Part shown: one piece after another, positions 8,421 through 16,398 of the stretch | Layout of the letters: each line of letters starts with the position of its first letter | How positions within the stretch are numbered: the stretch's first letter is position 1 | Notes under the pieces: model-generated | What the model saw: the letters and a program-made list of their open reading frames with translations, nothing else | Told to the model about the DNA's origin: nothing | The model's database searches: none | Made by a program: the position numbers and the translations under genes | Source of the DNA: Candidatus Kapaibacterium sp. | Lineage (GTDB): Bacteria; Bacteroidota; Ignavibacteria; Kapaibacteriales; UBA961 | Length of the DNA: 33,001 nt | NCBI GenBank assembly: GCA_023259575.1 | Contig: JALRHN010000003.1 | Location: forward strand, 1 to 33,001 | Reading direction: 5' to 3'

Positions 8421-10739
8421 TTAAGCTTGAGGGTTTTCATTGCGATGCCTATCATCACCACGATGCCTGTCATCACCACGATGTTCCTCTCTAGGACGAT
8501 CTTCTCTAGGACGGTCTTCATATCTTCTGTCACCGCCACCTCGTCTATCGCCGCCTCTTCTATCATCAAATCGTCTATCATCTCTGCGTGGAGGTCTTTC
8601 GCTACGTTGTGGCTCTACATAACCTTCTGGAGGTGTTAATAGAACTTTGTGGCTTAGCCTAAATTTACCATCAGATTGAATTTCTAATAGTTTAACATCA
8701 ATTTGCTGTCCTGGTTTTAGAACATCACTAACATTCTGGAAATAATCATAGCTAATTTGAGAAATATGCAATAAACCTTTGGTTTTAGGCATAAATTCTA
8801 CAATCGCGCCAAGGCCTTCGCGGACATCTTTAACGGTAGCTGTGTATACTTTACCAATTTCTGGAGGACTTGTTATTGCACGTATTCTATCGATAGTTAA
8901 TTGAGCAGCTTCTTTATTTGTTGCAGCAATAATACAAGAGCCATCATCTTCAATTGTAATTTCAACGCCAAATTCTCTTTGCATTCCACGAATTGTATCA
9001 CCACCTGGCCCGATAACTGTTCCAATCATATCATTTGGAATCATGATTGTAGTTAATCGTGGTGCATATTCAGATAAATCTTCCCTTGGGGCAGACAATG
9101 CTTCATTCATAATATTAAGAATATGGAGTCTTCCAGCTCTGGCTTGTTCAAGTGCTTGACGCATTAAATGCGTAGAAAGGCCCGCAATTTTAATATCCAT
9201 TTGGCAAGCAGTAATACCATCCAAAGTTCCTGCAACTTTAAAGTCCATATCACCAAGAAAATCCTCATCGCCAAGGATATCACTTAATATTGCAGCATCA
9301 TCATCTTCTTTAATAAGTCCCATTGCAATACCAGCTACTGGTTTCTTTAATGGTACCCCAGCATCCATTAATGCAAGACTTCCAGCACATACAGTTGCCA
9401 TAGAAGAGGAGCCATTAGACTCTAATATATCAGAAACGATTCTAACTACATAAGGGAAATCTTCATTATTAGGCATCATGATATGAATAGCTCTTTCTGC
9501 AAGTTTTCCATGTCCAATTTCACGTCTGCTTGTGCCAGTCATACGGCCAGCTTCGCCAGTACTGAATGGTGGAAAATTATAATGAAGCATAAAACGACGA
9601 TATTCAGTAGGGAATAGGCCATCTATTAATTGTTCATCACTTTTAGTACCAAGTGTAACAGTAGTTAAACTTTGTGTTTCACCACGAGTAAATAATGCAG
9701 ATCCATGTGTTCTTGGAAGAACGGTTGTATCACAATTAATAGATCTAATATCTGTTGTTGTTCGTCCATCTAAACGAACTTTATCTTCTATAATCATGCG
9801 TCGCATTTCGTGCTTTTCAATCTTATAGATATATCCTTTTGTTTTTTTAGCTCTTGCATCAATTTCAGCTGTTTCCACTAATGGTAACATTTCTTGCAAT
9901 GATGAAAGAACAGTTTCTCTTAGCTGTTTTGCGAACTCTATTCTTTGCTCTTTAGATGAACTCTTACGAATTTGTTCACGAATTAAAGGAGCAGCGATAG
10001 ATGTAATAGCCTCTAATAACTCAGTATCTTCTTCAACAGTTACAATTTCTTGCTTTGCTTTACCAGCTAATTCTTTGAGTTGAAGTTGAAGAGCATTAAG
10101 TTTTTTGATATAAGAGTGCGCATATTCTAAGGCATTAATAAAATCATCTTCAGAAATTTCTTTTGAACTTCCTTCCACCATCATAATTGCATCATCGGTT
10201 CCAGCAACTGTGATTTCTATATCGGATTCTAATAATTGGCTTATAGTTGGATTAACGATAAATTCGCCATTTATTCTTCCTACTAAAACTTCGGAATATG
10301 GTCCATCAAATGGAATATCAGAAATAACTAAAGCAGCAGATGCACCAACCGCAGCTAGTGTATCGGCATCAATTTCAGGTTCTGATGAATACACAGAAGC
10401 AACTATTTGAGTTTCTTTTTGCCAACCTTTTGGGAAAAGGGGTCTAGCAGGACGATCAATCAATCGGGCAGAAAGTACTTCTTTTTCACTTGGTTTACCT
10501 TCTCTTTTAAAGAATCCACCTGGTATTTTGCCAGCAGCAGCAGTTTTTTCACGATACTCTACAGTTAAAGGTAGGAAGTCTATATCAGACCTTGGGTCTT
10601 GAGCAGCACAAACTGTTACAAGAACCATTGTATCTCCATAACGAACCATCACCGAACCATTAGCCAATTTTGCAAAGCGGCCAGTCTCTATCGAATATTC
10701 CCTGCCATTTAATTCCAGGGAAACGGAATGATGTGCCAT
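8421..10739 (-). CDS. pnp: Polyribonucleotide nucleotidyltransferase (PNPase). Start revised to ATG 10739.
   Basis: DFLPLTVEYREK..AAGKIPGGFFKREG, HGSALFTRGETQ, ESNGSSSMATVC, GDMDFKVAGT, plus KH and S1 domains. AAAGGA SD-like sequence upstream of ATG 10739. The ORF-track extension to 10844 runs through a hairpin. Confidence 0.97.
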   Translation of the reverse strand: MAHHSVSLELNGREYSIETGRFAKLANGSVMVRYGDTMVLVTVCAAQDPRSDIDFLPLTVEYREKTAAAGKIPGGFFKREGKPSEKEVLSARLIDRPARPLFPKGWQKETQIVASVYSSEPEIDADTLAAVGASAALVISDIPFDGPYSEVLVGRINGEFIVNPTISQLLESDIEITVAGTDDAIMMVEGSSKEISEDDFINALEYAHSYIKKLNALQLQLKELAGKAKQEIVTVEEDTELLEAITSIAAPLIREQIRKSSSKEQRIEFAKQLRETVLSSLQEMLPLVETAEIDARAKKTKGYIYKIEKHEMRRMIIEDKVRLDGRTTTDIRSINCDTTVLPRTHGSALFTRGETQSLTTVTLGTKSDEQLIDGLFPTEYRRFMLHYNFPPFSTGEAGRMTGTSRREIGHGKLAERAIHIMMPNNEDFPYVVRIVSDILESNGSSSMATVCAGSLALMDAGVPLKKPVAGIAMGLIKEDDDAAILSDILGDEDFLGDMDFKVAGTLDGITACQMDIKIAGLSTHLMRQALEQARAGRLHILNIMNEALSAPREDLSEYAPRLTTIMIPNDMIGTVIGPGGDTIRGMQREFGVEITIEDDGSCIIAATNKEAAQLTIDRIRAITSPPEIGKVYTATVKDVREGLGAIVEFMPKTKGLLHISQISYDYFQNVSDVLKPGQQIDVKLLEIQSDGKFRLSHKVLLTPPEGYVEPQRSERPPRRDDRRFDDRRGGDRRGGGDRRYEDRPREDRPREEHRGDDRHRGDDRHRNENPQA
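8443..8517. repeat. Coding tandem repeats in the PNPase tail (2.3 x 18 bp and 2 x 15 bp)
   Basis: cgatgcct(a/g)tcatcacca at 8443-8460 and 8461-8478, plus cgatg. tctctaggacg(a/g)tct at 8488-8502 and 8503-8517. They encode HRGDDR and EDRPR repeats. Confidence 0.85.
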
Positions 10740-10790
10740 AATTTTCCTTTTGAATAGCACTAATAAATCATTCTTAGTATCATTCTTTTG

Positions 10791-10860
10791 TTTAGCTGCA
10801 TACTGAGCGGAGGAGAACACCATCATAAAGATGCTCTCCTGCACTCAGATCAGCCCGAAA
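10791..10860 (-). promoter_or_regulatory. Long stem-loop in the pnp 5' leader (candidate RNase III / autoregulatory element)
   Basis: Minus strand GGCTG-AT-CTGAG-TGC-AGGAGAGCATC-(TTTATGAT)-GGTGTTCTCCT-CCG-CTCAG-TATG-CAGCT. More than 20 pairs, GC-rich in an AT-rich spacer, with G-U pairs that form only on the minus strand. Confidence 0.65.
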
Positions 10861-10920
10861 CTTCTACTTCCTTAACAAAGAATATATCAAGAATGTGTAA
10901 TTATGTTGGCAAATTGCCAA

Positions 10921-10948
10921 AAATAAAAAAGGGCGCTATAAGCGCCCT
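10921..10948 (-). terminator. Intrinsic terminator after rpsO
   Basis: Minus strand AGGGCGCT-TAT-AGCGCCCT-TTTTTATTT, 13 nt after the rpsO stop. Confidence 0.88.
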
Positions 10949-10961
10949 GAAATGAGTCAGA

Positions 10962-11228
10962 TTACTTTCGTATTGATAATGCACTTATAATTGTGCGATA
11001 TCTACGAATATCATTTTTCATGAGATAATTAAGTAGTTTCTTTCTTTTACTTACCAATTGCATTAGGCCACGTCTAGAATGGAAATCCTTTTTATGAGTA
11101 TCCAAATGACCTGCCAACTGTGTAATATGTTCTGTAAGTAACGCAATCTGTACTTCTGGTAATCCAGTATTGGCTTCACTACCGCCATATTGCTTTACGA
11201 TTTCTGCTTTACGAGCTTGATTAAGCAT
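10962..11228 (-). CDS. rpsO: 30S ribosomal protein S15
   Basis: [37 protein letters not shown]. Canonical rpsO-pnp synteny. Confidence 0.98.
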   Translation of the reverse strand: MLNQARKAEIVKQYGGSEANTGLPEVQIALLTEHITQLAGHLDTHKKDFHSRRGLMQLVSKRKKLLNYLMKNDIRRYRTIISALSIRK

Positions 11229-11275
11229 AATGTTTCTATCAAATGATAAGATATATTGAGTATAATTCTATTGTG

Positions 11276-11349
11276 TGCACCCGTAGGGATTCGAACCCCA
11301 AACCTTTTGATCCGTAGTCAAATGCTCTATCCAGTTGAGCTACGGGTGC
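11276..11349 (-). tRNA. tRNA-Arg (anticodon ACG), CCA not encoded
   Basis: Minus strand GCACCCGTAGCTCAACTGGATAGAGCATTTGACTACGGATCAAAAGGTTTGGGGTTCGAATCCCTACGGGTGCA. Acceptor stem GCACCCG/CGGGTGC, anticodon loop CT-ACG-GA, T-loop GTTCGAATC. Confidence 0.97.
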
Positions 11350-11359
11350 TTACGGAATC

Positions 11360-11626
11360 TTAGGCTTGAGCTGCCTTCATTTTATTAATATGAAGTGCAA
11401 GTTTAGATTTCTTATTAGCTACATTGTTCTTGTGTAATATTCCACGAGATGCTACTCTGTCTAGAATACTTGTAGCAGTAACAAATAATGTTTCTGCCTC
11501 TTGAACTGATTTAGCTAAACGAACAGCTTTAATCGCTTCACGATAAAGCTTGCGATTTGCTCGATTATAAATTGCGCGCTTTTTATTTTGACGCGTACGT
11601 TTAATTGCTGACTTATGATGTGCCAT
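11360..11626 (-). CDS. rpsT: 30S ribosomal protein S20. Start revised to ATG 11626.
   Basis: MAHHKSAIKR.RQN.KR...N and LDR...RGILHKN..A.KKS.L motifs. Confidence 0.96.
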   Translation of the reverse strand: MAHHKSAIKRTRQNKKRAIYNRANRKLYREAIKAVRLAKSVQEAETLFVTATSILDRVASRGILHKNNVANKKSKLALHINKMKAAQA

Positions 11627-11669
11627 AACTACCAAATAATGCGATTAATTGCTTCTATATAAGAGATTG

Positions 11670-11701
11670 CAAAAATAAAGAGATTCGGCGTACTATGCAA
11701 A
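11670..11701 (-). promoter_or_regulatory. Bacteroidota-type primary-sigma promoter (TTTG-N20-TAnnTTTG) for rpsT-tRNA-rpsO
   Basis: Minus strand TTTG (11701-11698), 20 nt spacer, TATTTTTG (11677-11670), about 43 nt upstream of the rpsT ATG. Matches the established TTTG-N19-21-TAnnTTTG consensus. Confidence 0.7.
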
Positions 11702-11738
11702 CTTTTTTATGATTGAAATTTTTGTTGTCCTGAATCAA

Positions 11739-12815
11739 CTAAGCTAACATAGAAATTATCAGAGATTGAAGAACCGAAACAGCAGGTTTAGAGCTTGATT
11801 TTAAGGTAAGATCGGCATTTCTCAACAGAAATAAAGCGTTTTCTAATCTTGTATATGTAAATATTTTTAAGGCTGATTGATATTCGGGTATGAAATAAGA
11901 ACTAATTCCAGTTAATTTTGATAATTCATAAGGATTATGAGTTGTTTTTATGGAATCATATAATTTAAAGAGAGAAACAATATATCGAGTTATCATTGTG
12001 ATGATTAATATTTCTTGTTTATCATCTTTCATCATAAAATGAATGATTTCGATTGCTTTTGCAGAATCTCCTTTGCCGACACATTTTTGCAATTCAAATA
12101 CATTATAGACTTTAGAGCTTCCTACAACACCTAATACTTCTTGTATTGTATACGTATGTATCGAAGGTGCAAAAAGGATTAATTTATCTATTTCATTTAC
12201 TATATCTCTTAAAGATTGTCCTGCATTGGCAATGATATATTCTGCTGCTTCTGGTTGAATATCTTTATTTTCTATTTTTAATCTTTGAGAAATCCACGTA
12301 GATAATTCTCTTTCTGTTACTTTTTTAGCTTCAAAGCAAGGAATTGCATCAATTAATTGATCTAGGGGAAATTTTATAGTGGAAAGTATTTTTTTTGCTT
12401 TTTCTTGTTGTCTAGAATTTTTTTTTGCCGCAGTAATTCCCCACAAAGATTGAAAATTTCCTAATAATACTAAATATGTTGATGGTTGTGGGTTCTTTAC
12501 ATAGGAAAGAATAGCTGATTTTTTATCGCTTTTTGATGATTTAGATGTAAAAAGTTTATCTGCATTTTTGACAATAACAATTCTTTTATCTGATATAAAT
12601 GGGAAAGAGCAAGCTATATCAATAATTGCATGTTCTTTTACTTGGTCAGCATCTACAATATCAATATCGGGCTTTGAATTGCATGAATCTTCTAAGTGTT
12701 TTAAAACAAAATGATAAGCTTCTTCCTTTAAGAATTCTTCTTCTCCAAATAATAATAATGTATTTGGTAGTTCTGTAGGATTATCAAAAATCTCTTGTAA
12801 TGAATCAACTATCAT
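11739..12815 (-). CDS. holA: DNA polymerase III delta subunit
   Basis: LLFGEEEFL, PF...KRIVIVK.A, G..L..I.NEIDKL, NVFEL and terminal AD..LKS. Adjacent to rpsT. Confidence 0.92.
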   Translation of the reverse strand: MIVDSLQEIFDNPTELPNTLLLFGEEEFLKEEAYHFVLKHLEDSCNSKPDIDIVDADQVKEHAIIDIACSFPFISDKRIVIVKNADKLFTSKSSKSDKKSAILSYVKNPQPSTYLVLLGNFQSLWGITAAKKNSRQQEKAKKILSTIKFPLDQLIDAIPCFEAKKVTERELSTWISQRLKIENKDIQPEAAEYIIANAGQSLRDIVNEIDKLILFAPSIHTYTIQEVLGVVGSSKVYNVFELQKCVGKGDSAKAIEIIHFMMKDDKQEILIITMITRYIVSLFKLYDSIKTTHNPYELSKLTGISSYFIPEYQSALKIFTYTRLENALFLLRNADLTLKSSSKPAVSVLQSLIISMLA

Positions 12816-12823
12816 ACTTGGAA

Positions 12824-13927
12824 CTATCTTTGAATTGCTTTAGGATCGAATGCATCTCGTAGGCCATCTCCTAATAAATTAAATCCATAGACGGCTGCAG
12901 CTATTGCAATACTAGGATATACAGTTAAGCCCCAATATTTACCTGCAAAAATATATCCATAATGATCTGAAATAAATATTCCCCACGATGGTTCTGGCCT
13001 TTGAATACCTAGTCCTAGAAAACTGAGTCCTGCTTCTGCAATTATCGAAGATGCAATACCAGCAGTAGATAATACAATGATAGGTCCTATGGCATTTGGC
13101 AGAATATGTCTGAAAATCGTTCTCATAGAACCATATCCAAGAGCTCTTGTTGCCTCAACATATTCCATTTCTCTTAATGAAAAGAATTGTCCACGAACAA
13201 TTCTTGCAATTTCAACCCAACTTGAAATTCCGATTGCTATGAATGTTTGCCAAAAAGGATTTAATGAAAAACCCATAATATTATTGGTAAACTTTAATAA
13301 TGAAGAGAGGAGTATAGCTAATAGAATTGTGGGATATGACCAAATAACATTTGTAAACCACATGATAATATTATCTACCCAACCTCTAAAAAATCCTGCT
13401 AATGCACCAAGCACGATACCAATAATAAGAGCAATTAATTGTGAAACAACGCCTACTAATAAACTTATACGTGCACCAAATACTAATCTGCTAAAAACAT
13501 CTCTGCCTAATCTATCGGTCCCTAAATAGTATGTAGGGGTAGTATGCCATTCAGATTCATTATTTCCTTGTAATTGCTGAATAGGAATTGTTCCAATGAG
13601 TCCTGTAAAATCTATGTATTCAACGCTATCTTTACGTGTTTTATAGGATTGAATAGGTAAAACATTTGGCTGGGATTCATCTGATGGATTTTTTAATAAT
13701 AGCACATTACCTACAAATCCAGATGGTTTTTCTGCATATTCTAGTACAGCCAAAGTAGGAGAAAATGGACTAATTATATCAGCCATAGCTGCAATTAACA
13801 CCAATAATCCTATAATAATCATACCGGCAATTCCAGCTGGATGCTTTTTTAGTTTTTTCCATGCTAAAGCTCCAAGACTTTCTGATCTCTTTATATGTAC
13901 AGAGGATGTATCCACATTTTTTGACAT
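12824..13927 (-). CDS. Oligopeptide/dipeptide ABC transporter permease (OppC/DppC type)
   Basis: LGTD.LGRDVFSRL..GARISL, EAA loop EYVEATRALG, RHILPN, PSWG, FNLLGDGLRDAFDP. Confidence 0.93.
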   Translation of the reverse strand: MSKNVDTSSVHIKRSESLGALAWKKLKKHPAGIAGMIIIGLLVLIAAMADIISPFSPTLAVLEYAEKPSGFVGNVLLLKNPSDESQPNVLPIQSYKTRKDSVEYIDFTGLIGTIPIQQLQGNNESEWHTTPTYYLGTDRLGRDVFSRLVFGARISLLVGVVSQLIALIIGIVLGALAGFFRGWVDNIIMWFTNVIWSYPTILLAILLSSLLKFTNNIMGFSLNPFWQTFIAIGISSWVEIARIVRGQFFSLREMEYVEATRALGYGSMRTIFRHILPNAIGPIIVLSTAGIASSIIAEAGLSFLGLGIQRPEPSWGIFISDHYGYIFAGKYWGLTVYPSIAIAAAVYGFNLLGDGLRDAFDPKAIQR

Positions 13928-13948
13928 AATATCTTTACTATAAATGAA

Positions 13949-14875
13949 TTAGCTTAATTTAACTTTAGGGTCTAAGAATACATAAACGATATCTACTATT
14001 GCATTCACTACCACAAAAATGATAGCTGTTAATAAAACAGTACCTTGAATAATAGGATAATCTAATTTTTCGATGGCACTAATTGCAAGTGTTCCAATTC
14101 CAGGCCAATTAAAGATATATTCAACAAAAAAAGTACCAGCTAATAAACCAGAAAACCAAGCACTTACGGTTGTAACAACCGGATTTAAAGCATTTCTTAA
14201 GGCATGGCGTAAGATGACAGATGATTCTGATAAGCCTTTCGCCCTAGCAGTTCTTACATAATCTTGGTTCAATACATCTAACATACTACTTCGTGTAACC
14301 CTGGCAATAATTGATAAGGGCCTAAAAGCTAATGTTAACATTGGTAAAAATAAATGGCTTATGCCTTTGTCTATATATCCTGATGATGGCAATATTTTCC
14401 ATATTTCGCCAAAGAGCAAGAGCAATAATAATCCAAAAACAAAAGAGGGTAAAGAAATTCCTAATAATGCAAAACCCATAGTTGTAGCATCAATCCATGT
14501 ATTTGCTTTTATTGCGGCAATAATTCCAAGGATGATTCCCAATAATGTTGAAAAAAACATGGCTGTTATAGCTAATAATGCAGTTGCTGGAAATTTATCA
14601 ACTATTGTTTCTAAAACATCTCTATTGGTAGAATATGATACTCCTAAATCTCCCTGAATTAATCTTCCAATGTATTTTGTATACTGTTCATACATAGGTT
14701 TATCTAGGCCTAATTGAACTCTTAATGCTTGTATTGATTGTTCATCTGCCCTTTGACCCAACATTAAACGGGCTGGGTCTCCAGGCAAAACAAAATTGAT
14801 AAGGAATGCTGTTGTTACCACTCCAAACAATACTGCTAAAGCATATCCACATTTGCGAATTATATAAGAAATCAT
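13949..14875 (-). CDS. Oligopeptide/dipeptide ABC transporter permease (OppB/DppB type)
   Basis: PGDPA, LGLD.P...QY, GDLG.S, QDYVRTARAKGL, HALRNA, F.WPGIG, DYP..QG. Confidence 0.93.
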   Translation of the reverse strand: MISYIIRKCGYALAVLFGVVTTAFLINFVLPGDPARLMLGQRADEQSIQALRVQLGLDKPMYEQYTKYIGRLIQGDLGVSYSTNRDVLETIVDKFPATALLAITAMFFSTLLGIILGIIAAIKANTWIDATTMGFALLGISLPSFVFGLLLLLLFGEIWKILPSSGYIDKGISHLFLPMLTLAFRPLSIIARVTRSSMLDVLNQDYVRTARAKGLSESSVILRHALRNALNPVVTTVSAWFSGLLAGTFFVEYIFNWPGIGTLAISAIEKLDYPIIQGTVLLTAIIFVVVNAIVDIVYVFLDPKVKLS

Positions 14876-14986
14876 TGAAATTAATGAATTATAAAAGGTG
14901 TAACATGTAGTTAAAATTATCGAGCTGCAAATGGCAAATTAACAAAGTTTGTTTCTTGATACATAGATTATTATTGTCCTAGACTA

Positions 14987-15859
14987 TCAATATTTTACAG
15001 ATGCACTTTGTTTCGCATATTCTGAAGGATGATGCTCTAAAACTTCTGTTGTAATATTGATAGGATCTTGTAATGTAAATCCAAGACATCGCTCCGCAAT
15101 CACATTAAATGAATGAACTGTATCAGTAGTAAACAACTGTATTCTTTTAGATATTGATGAACTATCTTGATTTGAATGTATTCCTAACATTTTTGTCATA
15201 ATCTTAGAAGCTGTATAACCACAGTCAATAAGAGTTATATCGGGTAATATATTTGTAATTAATTCTTTTAATAAAGGATAATGTGTACATCCTAGCACTA
15301 GAGTATCAATTTTCTTTGATATGAGAGGTGATAAATATTCCTTTGCTATCAAAAGCGCAGCTGGATGATTCACCCAATCTTCTTCTACTATTGGAACAAA
15401 GAGGGGACATGCTATACTAGTAATATGTGCTTCTTTATGTATTGTATCAGCATATGTTTGTATTGCTTTTTCATATGCTTGTGAATGTATTGTAGCCCTA
15501 GTACCTATTATTCCTATATTCCCCGAAAGCGATGATTCAATCGCATAATGAGCTGCTGGTTCAATCATACCAATTATAGGAATGGGAGAATGTTTCTGTG
15601 CAATTTCTAATGCTAAAGCAGATGCTGTATTGCATGCTATAACAATTGCTTTAACATTAAATCCTAATAGAAAATCAATACATTGTATAGTATAATGTTC
15701 TATTGTTTGCTTAGACTTATTACCATATGGAACTCTGGCAGTATCCCCTAAATACACAAATTGTTCATCAGGCATTTCTTGTATTAGGTGTTTTAAGACG
15801 GTTAAGCCGCCCACACCAGAATCAAAAACACCTATTGGTTGATTAGCATCTGTTTTCAT
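14987..15859 (-). CDS. murI: Glutamate racemase
   Basis: IGVFDSGVGGLTV, GDTARVPYG.KS, IACNTAS and LGCTHYP (both catalytic Cys present). Confidence 0.97.
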   Translation of the reverse strand: MKTDANQPIGVFDSGVGGLTVLKHLIQEMPDEQFVYLGDTARVPYGNKSKQTIEHYTIQCIDFLLGFNVKAIVIACNTASALALEIAQKHSPIPIIGMIEPAAHYAIESSLSGNIGIIGTRATIHSQAYEKAIQTYADTIHKEAHITSIACPLFVPIVEEDWVNHPAALLIAKEYLSPLISKKIDTLVLGCTHYPLLKELITNILPDITLIDCGYTASKIMTKMLGIHSNQDSSSISKRIQLFTTDTVHSFNVIAERCLGFTLQDPINITTEVLEHHPSEYAKQSASVKY

Positions 15860-15972
15860 GAAACTAAAAAAAGTAAACTATAGAAGAGCTATATCGCAAA
15901 ATATCATCGATACATAAAGCATATATATATCAAAGGGATACTACGTATAATTCACGATCAAACCAATGAATT

Positions 15973-16398
15973 CTAATTAACTTTAGAGAGAGAATCTAAC
16001 TTATTATCTAATTTTTTAATTGATTCTTCTAAATTTTTGGTTAAATCTTGATACTGGGTTTTAAGATTGGCATCGTTTTCTTTTGCTTGTTTTTCTAGTT
16101 GTCCTGATAATTCAGATAAACTAGTTTCTACTCCAGATAACTCTTGCTTTAATTGTTGGATTTGTTTTTTATATCCATCAATAATCTGCTTCGTTTGCCC
16201 TTCATATTGTCCTTTAAACTTCATTGTTTGATTATGAAAACTTTGAGCCAAATTCAAAATTTGGGTTTTCATGATAGTAAGCACTTGCTTTGCTGCTGTT
16301 ATATCTGGATTGGATTTAGAATTTTGTTGAGCAAATGTTAAAGTGGAAGTGATGATCGTTACAAATAAGATCAGGATAATTCTACTAATGTTTTTCAT
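15973..16398 (-). CDS. Hypothetical exported coiled-coil protein
   Basis: Sec-type signal peptide (MKNISRIILILFVTIITSTLTFA/QQ), then a Q/K/E/L-rich heptad pattern. Start overlaps the EIIA stop by 4 bp (ATGA). Confidence 0.7.
   Translation of the reverse strand: MKNISRIILILFVTIITSTLTFAQQNSKSNPDITAAKQVLTIMKTQILNLAQSFHNQTMKFKGQYEGQTKQIIDGYKKQIQQLKQELSGVETSLSELSGQLEKQAKENDANLKTQYQDLTKNLEESIKKLDNKLDSLSKVN

Noticed and set aside
8443-8580. Short repeats considered as a CRISPR-like array
   Set aside because: In-frame tandem coding repeats with no unique spacers and no cas genes. The Fe-S nuclease at 889-4209 is AddB-sized, not Cas4.
8357-8639. Three short overlapping ORFs (8357-8581 -, 8427-8639 +, 8440-8622 +) with repetitive translations
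   Set aside because: Shadow frames of the repetitive, stop-poor PNPase tail. One runs through the terminator.
10740-10844. 35-aa N-terminal extension of PNPase in the ORF track
   Set aside because: PNPase similarity begins at MAHHSV, ATG 10739 has an SD-like sequence, and the upstream GTG lies inside the leader hairpin.
11276-11349. tRNA as a possible integration site for an island
   Set aside because: No integrase and no duplicated tRNA 3' end seen; both flanks are ribosomal protein genes.
13077-14657. Plus-strand ORFs antisense to the permeases (150, 62 and 98 aa)
   Set aside because: Typical antisense shadows of hydrophobic membrane-protein genes, with no recognisable motifs.
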